A DNA stretch of 64,000 bases. Source: the human T2T-CHM13v2.0 reference genome, Homo sapiens. Below, piece by piece: positions 61,650 to 64,000 of this stretch. Numbering within the stretch: position 1 is the first letter of the stretch; every line of letters begins with the position of its first letter. The notes beneath the pieces are model-generated. The model searched no databases. It had not been told where the DNA came from and saw nothing but the letters and a program-made list of their open reading frames with translations. The position numbers were made by a program, and so were the translations under genes. The stretch is from the NCBI RefSeq assembly GCF_009914755.1, contig NC_060928.1; one strand, 5' to 3'.

Positions 61650-62930
61650 ATTTCCAATTTTTCAAACTGACACGCACACACAAGACGGAAAGGAAGGCAG
61701 CCTGACCGCGTTTCCCAGGAAACAGGTGGTGCAAGGTGGAGGTGCACCACTCTCTCCTCCAGGAAGGCGGTGACCCTTCCGCAGATGTCTCCGTTGGAAA
61801 CAAATAAAGGGAGTATCGGTCAAAGCGCAATTCCCCGATTCCACTTGAGAAGCCCCGGGCGTCGAGGCACGGCAGGAAATTTACCACGACGCCTCCCACT
61901 GGCTCAAGGGTCTCCCAGGTGCTGTCGATTTTGCAAAGGGTCCGTCTCTACAGCGACTGTGACGAGTTCCGGAGCATCAGCACCGGGGAGCGCTGACCCG
62001 ACACTCGGCTCTACCGCAGCCCGCCGCGCCTCGGCACCCTGGGCTTGTCCGGCTGGGTGTTGCCGAGCGAACGCCCCAGCTCCTGCCCGGAACCCACGTC
62101 CGCCGGCTCCTACCGTGCCTCATGATCCTCGCTCGGGCTAGCACTTTCCACGCGCGCTGACTCTGGGCTCCGACACCTGGACCGCCTCCGCAAGGCGGCG
62201 CGGCTGCTGTTTGTAAACACGCCCCACGTGCGCTCGCCCTGCCCCATTCGCAGCCCGCTCCCGGCACGCGAGGATCCTCCGCTTTCCCCCCAGCACTGGG
62301 GGGGTGAGATTTTAAAATTTCCCCCTAGGGAGAAAAGAGCCTCGTCGGCAGAGCCGGGCCACTGGGAAAAGCGCCAGGACAAGGCGAGCGTGTGCCTCCC
62401 CCTGCCGGCCAGGGAGGCACTGCGGCCCCGAAACGGCCAGGCGGTGAGTGGAACCCACGCAGCGCCTAGAGACGCACCCCTGCCGGGCCCCGCCCCTCCC
62501 GCCCGCTCGCCGGAGTCCCCTCCCCCGGGCCGCGTGCGCTCACCCGCGCAGGCCCCGCCCCCTCGCCGGCACAACGTTCTGCGGGGGCGCGCGCGTGCTC
62601 TCTAATCCCCCGCCTTCCGGCTCCGGCGGCGACGCTCGTCCCTCTCCGCTCGTCCCTCGCCGCTGCCGGGCCACCAGTGCCAGCCTGCCTCAGGAGACTC
62701 CATTTGCGCTTAGTGTGGTCTGGGCGCCGCGCAGGCGGTCCCAGGGCGATGCCCGGGGCCGGCGGACTGGCGTTCCCTGTGCCAAGCGGCCGCCCGCTGG
62801 CTGGCTGGCTGCAGCAGTGACATCCTGGTCGCCGGCGTCCAGGCGGAATCCGGGCTCCCTCCGCGGGAGGAAAGACGTCCCGCGCTCTGAAGCTCGCCCA
62901 GCGGGGAGAGGCCCTCGCTAACACGGCTTC
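61650..62930. promoter_or_regulatory. CpG island, probable bidirectional promoter (TIGD2 on +, distal FAM13A first exon on -)
   Basis: Very high GC and CpG density. GC boxes near 62488 and 62553, FOX motif GTAAACA at 62213-62219 and E-box CACGTG at 62225-62230. Donors on - (GTGAGC, 62538-62543) and on + (GTGAGT at 62444, GTAGGC at 62955). The gene assignment comes from recalled locus order. Confidence 0.85.
62544..62720 (-). other. Candidate distal non-coding first exon of FAM13A
   Basis: Minus-strand donor CGG|GTGAGC inside the CpG island. The 5' end is approximate and there is no transcript evidence here. Confidence 0.4.
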
Positions 62931-63137
62931 TCCCTGACCTCTTAATTTCAGGAGGTAGGCTCTTCAGGTCCCTCTCTCTGTCACCCCAGATTATGCCTGA
63001 AAGCATTATTTGTCGTATTTAGCTATCACATTGATAGGAGGCGTTAATTTTCTCAACATAGTTGCAGGATAAATGTGGATAATGCCACAGATCCTGATGT
63101 TGAATTGAAAGAAAATGTTTTTGGTATTTTCCTTTAG

Positions 63138-64000
63138 GTTTCGGAGCCTCCGAGTATCTATACAGCCCCCACAGGAACTGCTTCTGTTGGTCCATCGAGG
63201 ATCGTCTTTCACCAGGATTATTGTAACATCATCTTCACCGAGCCTGCCACCCCATAGCCTCTACCTTGGGTCCTCATTTCCACCGATGCAGTTTTTTTGA
63301 TGCTTTCTTTAGTAATGTGACATCACATGTCCACTATCCTCCTTTCCAGCTGCCAAATCTAGTAGGTTTAAGTCGCTTTTAAAGTAGAGTTTTCTGCCTG
63401 TTCCACTTTCACCTTATTTGCACTGTTCACTTCTGTCCGGGTCATCTTCTCTTGCGTATGATTTCCACAAGCACTCACTTGCGCAACCTATAGCAGAGTC
63501 CGTGCCTAGAGAGACAGCATTCCATACAATCCACTGCTTGACAAAGACCACATAGTCAGAGGGTGAGTTTTCCCATTGTATTTTCCTGTATGTCAAGTTT
63601 GCAAGTCCTCTCTTGACTTAAACTGTTTACTCCCTAGCACATTTCCTAAAATACTTCCACCTGAGATTTAGTGGCTATTCTGGCAAAGAACATTACCTGC
63701 AAGGATGGCAAGAATTGAGTATGCAATAGTACTGTTTTAGAAGCCTTACCAGTACAGTTTCTAGCCTCTAGTGTGATTGCACTTCATGAAAGACCCTGAA
63801 CCCTGAGGAGGAAGAAAGATAGAAGATAAGAGTTAATTGGCGCTAGGCTTTGTTGTAGGAAGTTTGTAAGTTTTAAAATAGCAAGTAGATTCACGTAGAC
63901 CTTGTCAGGAAATTGGTCACTATCCATCTAGGCCCTAGAAGTGAGAGGAGGAATCTTACGAACTCATTTTCTAGTTGCTTTGTATTCAAATCTTAGTTGT
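63138..64000 (+). other. Probable TIGD2 5' UTR/leader region (CDS beyond window end)
   Basis: Good acceptor TTTTGGTATTTTCCTTTAG|G at 63137/63138, followed by unique repeat-free sequence downstream of the CpG island. The identity is inferred from the recalled FAM13A-TIGD2 head-to-head arrangement. Confidence 0.45.

Noticed and set aside
61770-63006. Several 100-157 aa Pro/Arg/Ala/Gly-rich ORFs on both strands
   Set aside because: Expected from stop-codon scarcity in a CpG island; mostly non-ATG starts and no recognisable domain.
63006-63596. Two same-frame minus-strand ORFs with a DDVTIILV string resembling a PP2C motif
   Set aside because: Interrupted by several stops and lacking other PP2C motifs; most likely chance.

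Overview
Primate, most likely human, genomic DNA made mostly of interspersed repeats. The only host protein-coding sequence I can support is the first coding exon of FAM13A on the minus strand (8264-8290, MGAGALAIC followed by a GTAAGT donor). It has a uORF-rich 5' UTR and a perfect GTCACGTGAC motif just upstream. About 54 kb further on is a CpG island (~61650-62930) with splice donors on both strands. From recalled gene order at 4q22.1 this is probably the bidirectional TIGD2 / distal FAM13A promoter; the TIGD2 CDS is not in the window. Between them lie two near/full-length L1s, a 5'-inverted L1 and two decayed proviruses: a gamma-like gag-pro-pol inside a split MER57-type LTR, and a HERV-S/LTR18 provirus with a tRNA-Ser PBS nested in MER21. 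There is also a solo HERV-E LTR2, many MaLR/ERV LTRs, DNA transposons, Alus and an AT-rich minisatellite. Nearly all ORF-track entries are repeat-derived or spurious. I found no evidence of a new gene system. The most unusual signals are two separate ~90-bp, ~98%-identical templated insertions, each copied from an LTR ~1.75 kb downstream, and a single LTR split around a retroviral core with a 33-bp duplication. Repeat family names come from recalled consensus sequences, not from a database search.
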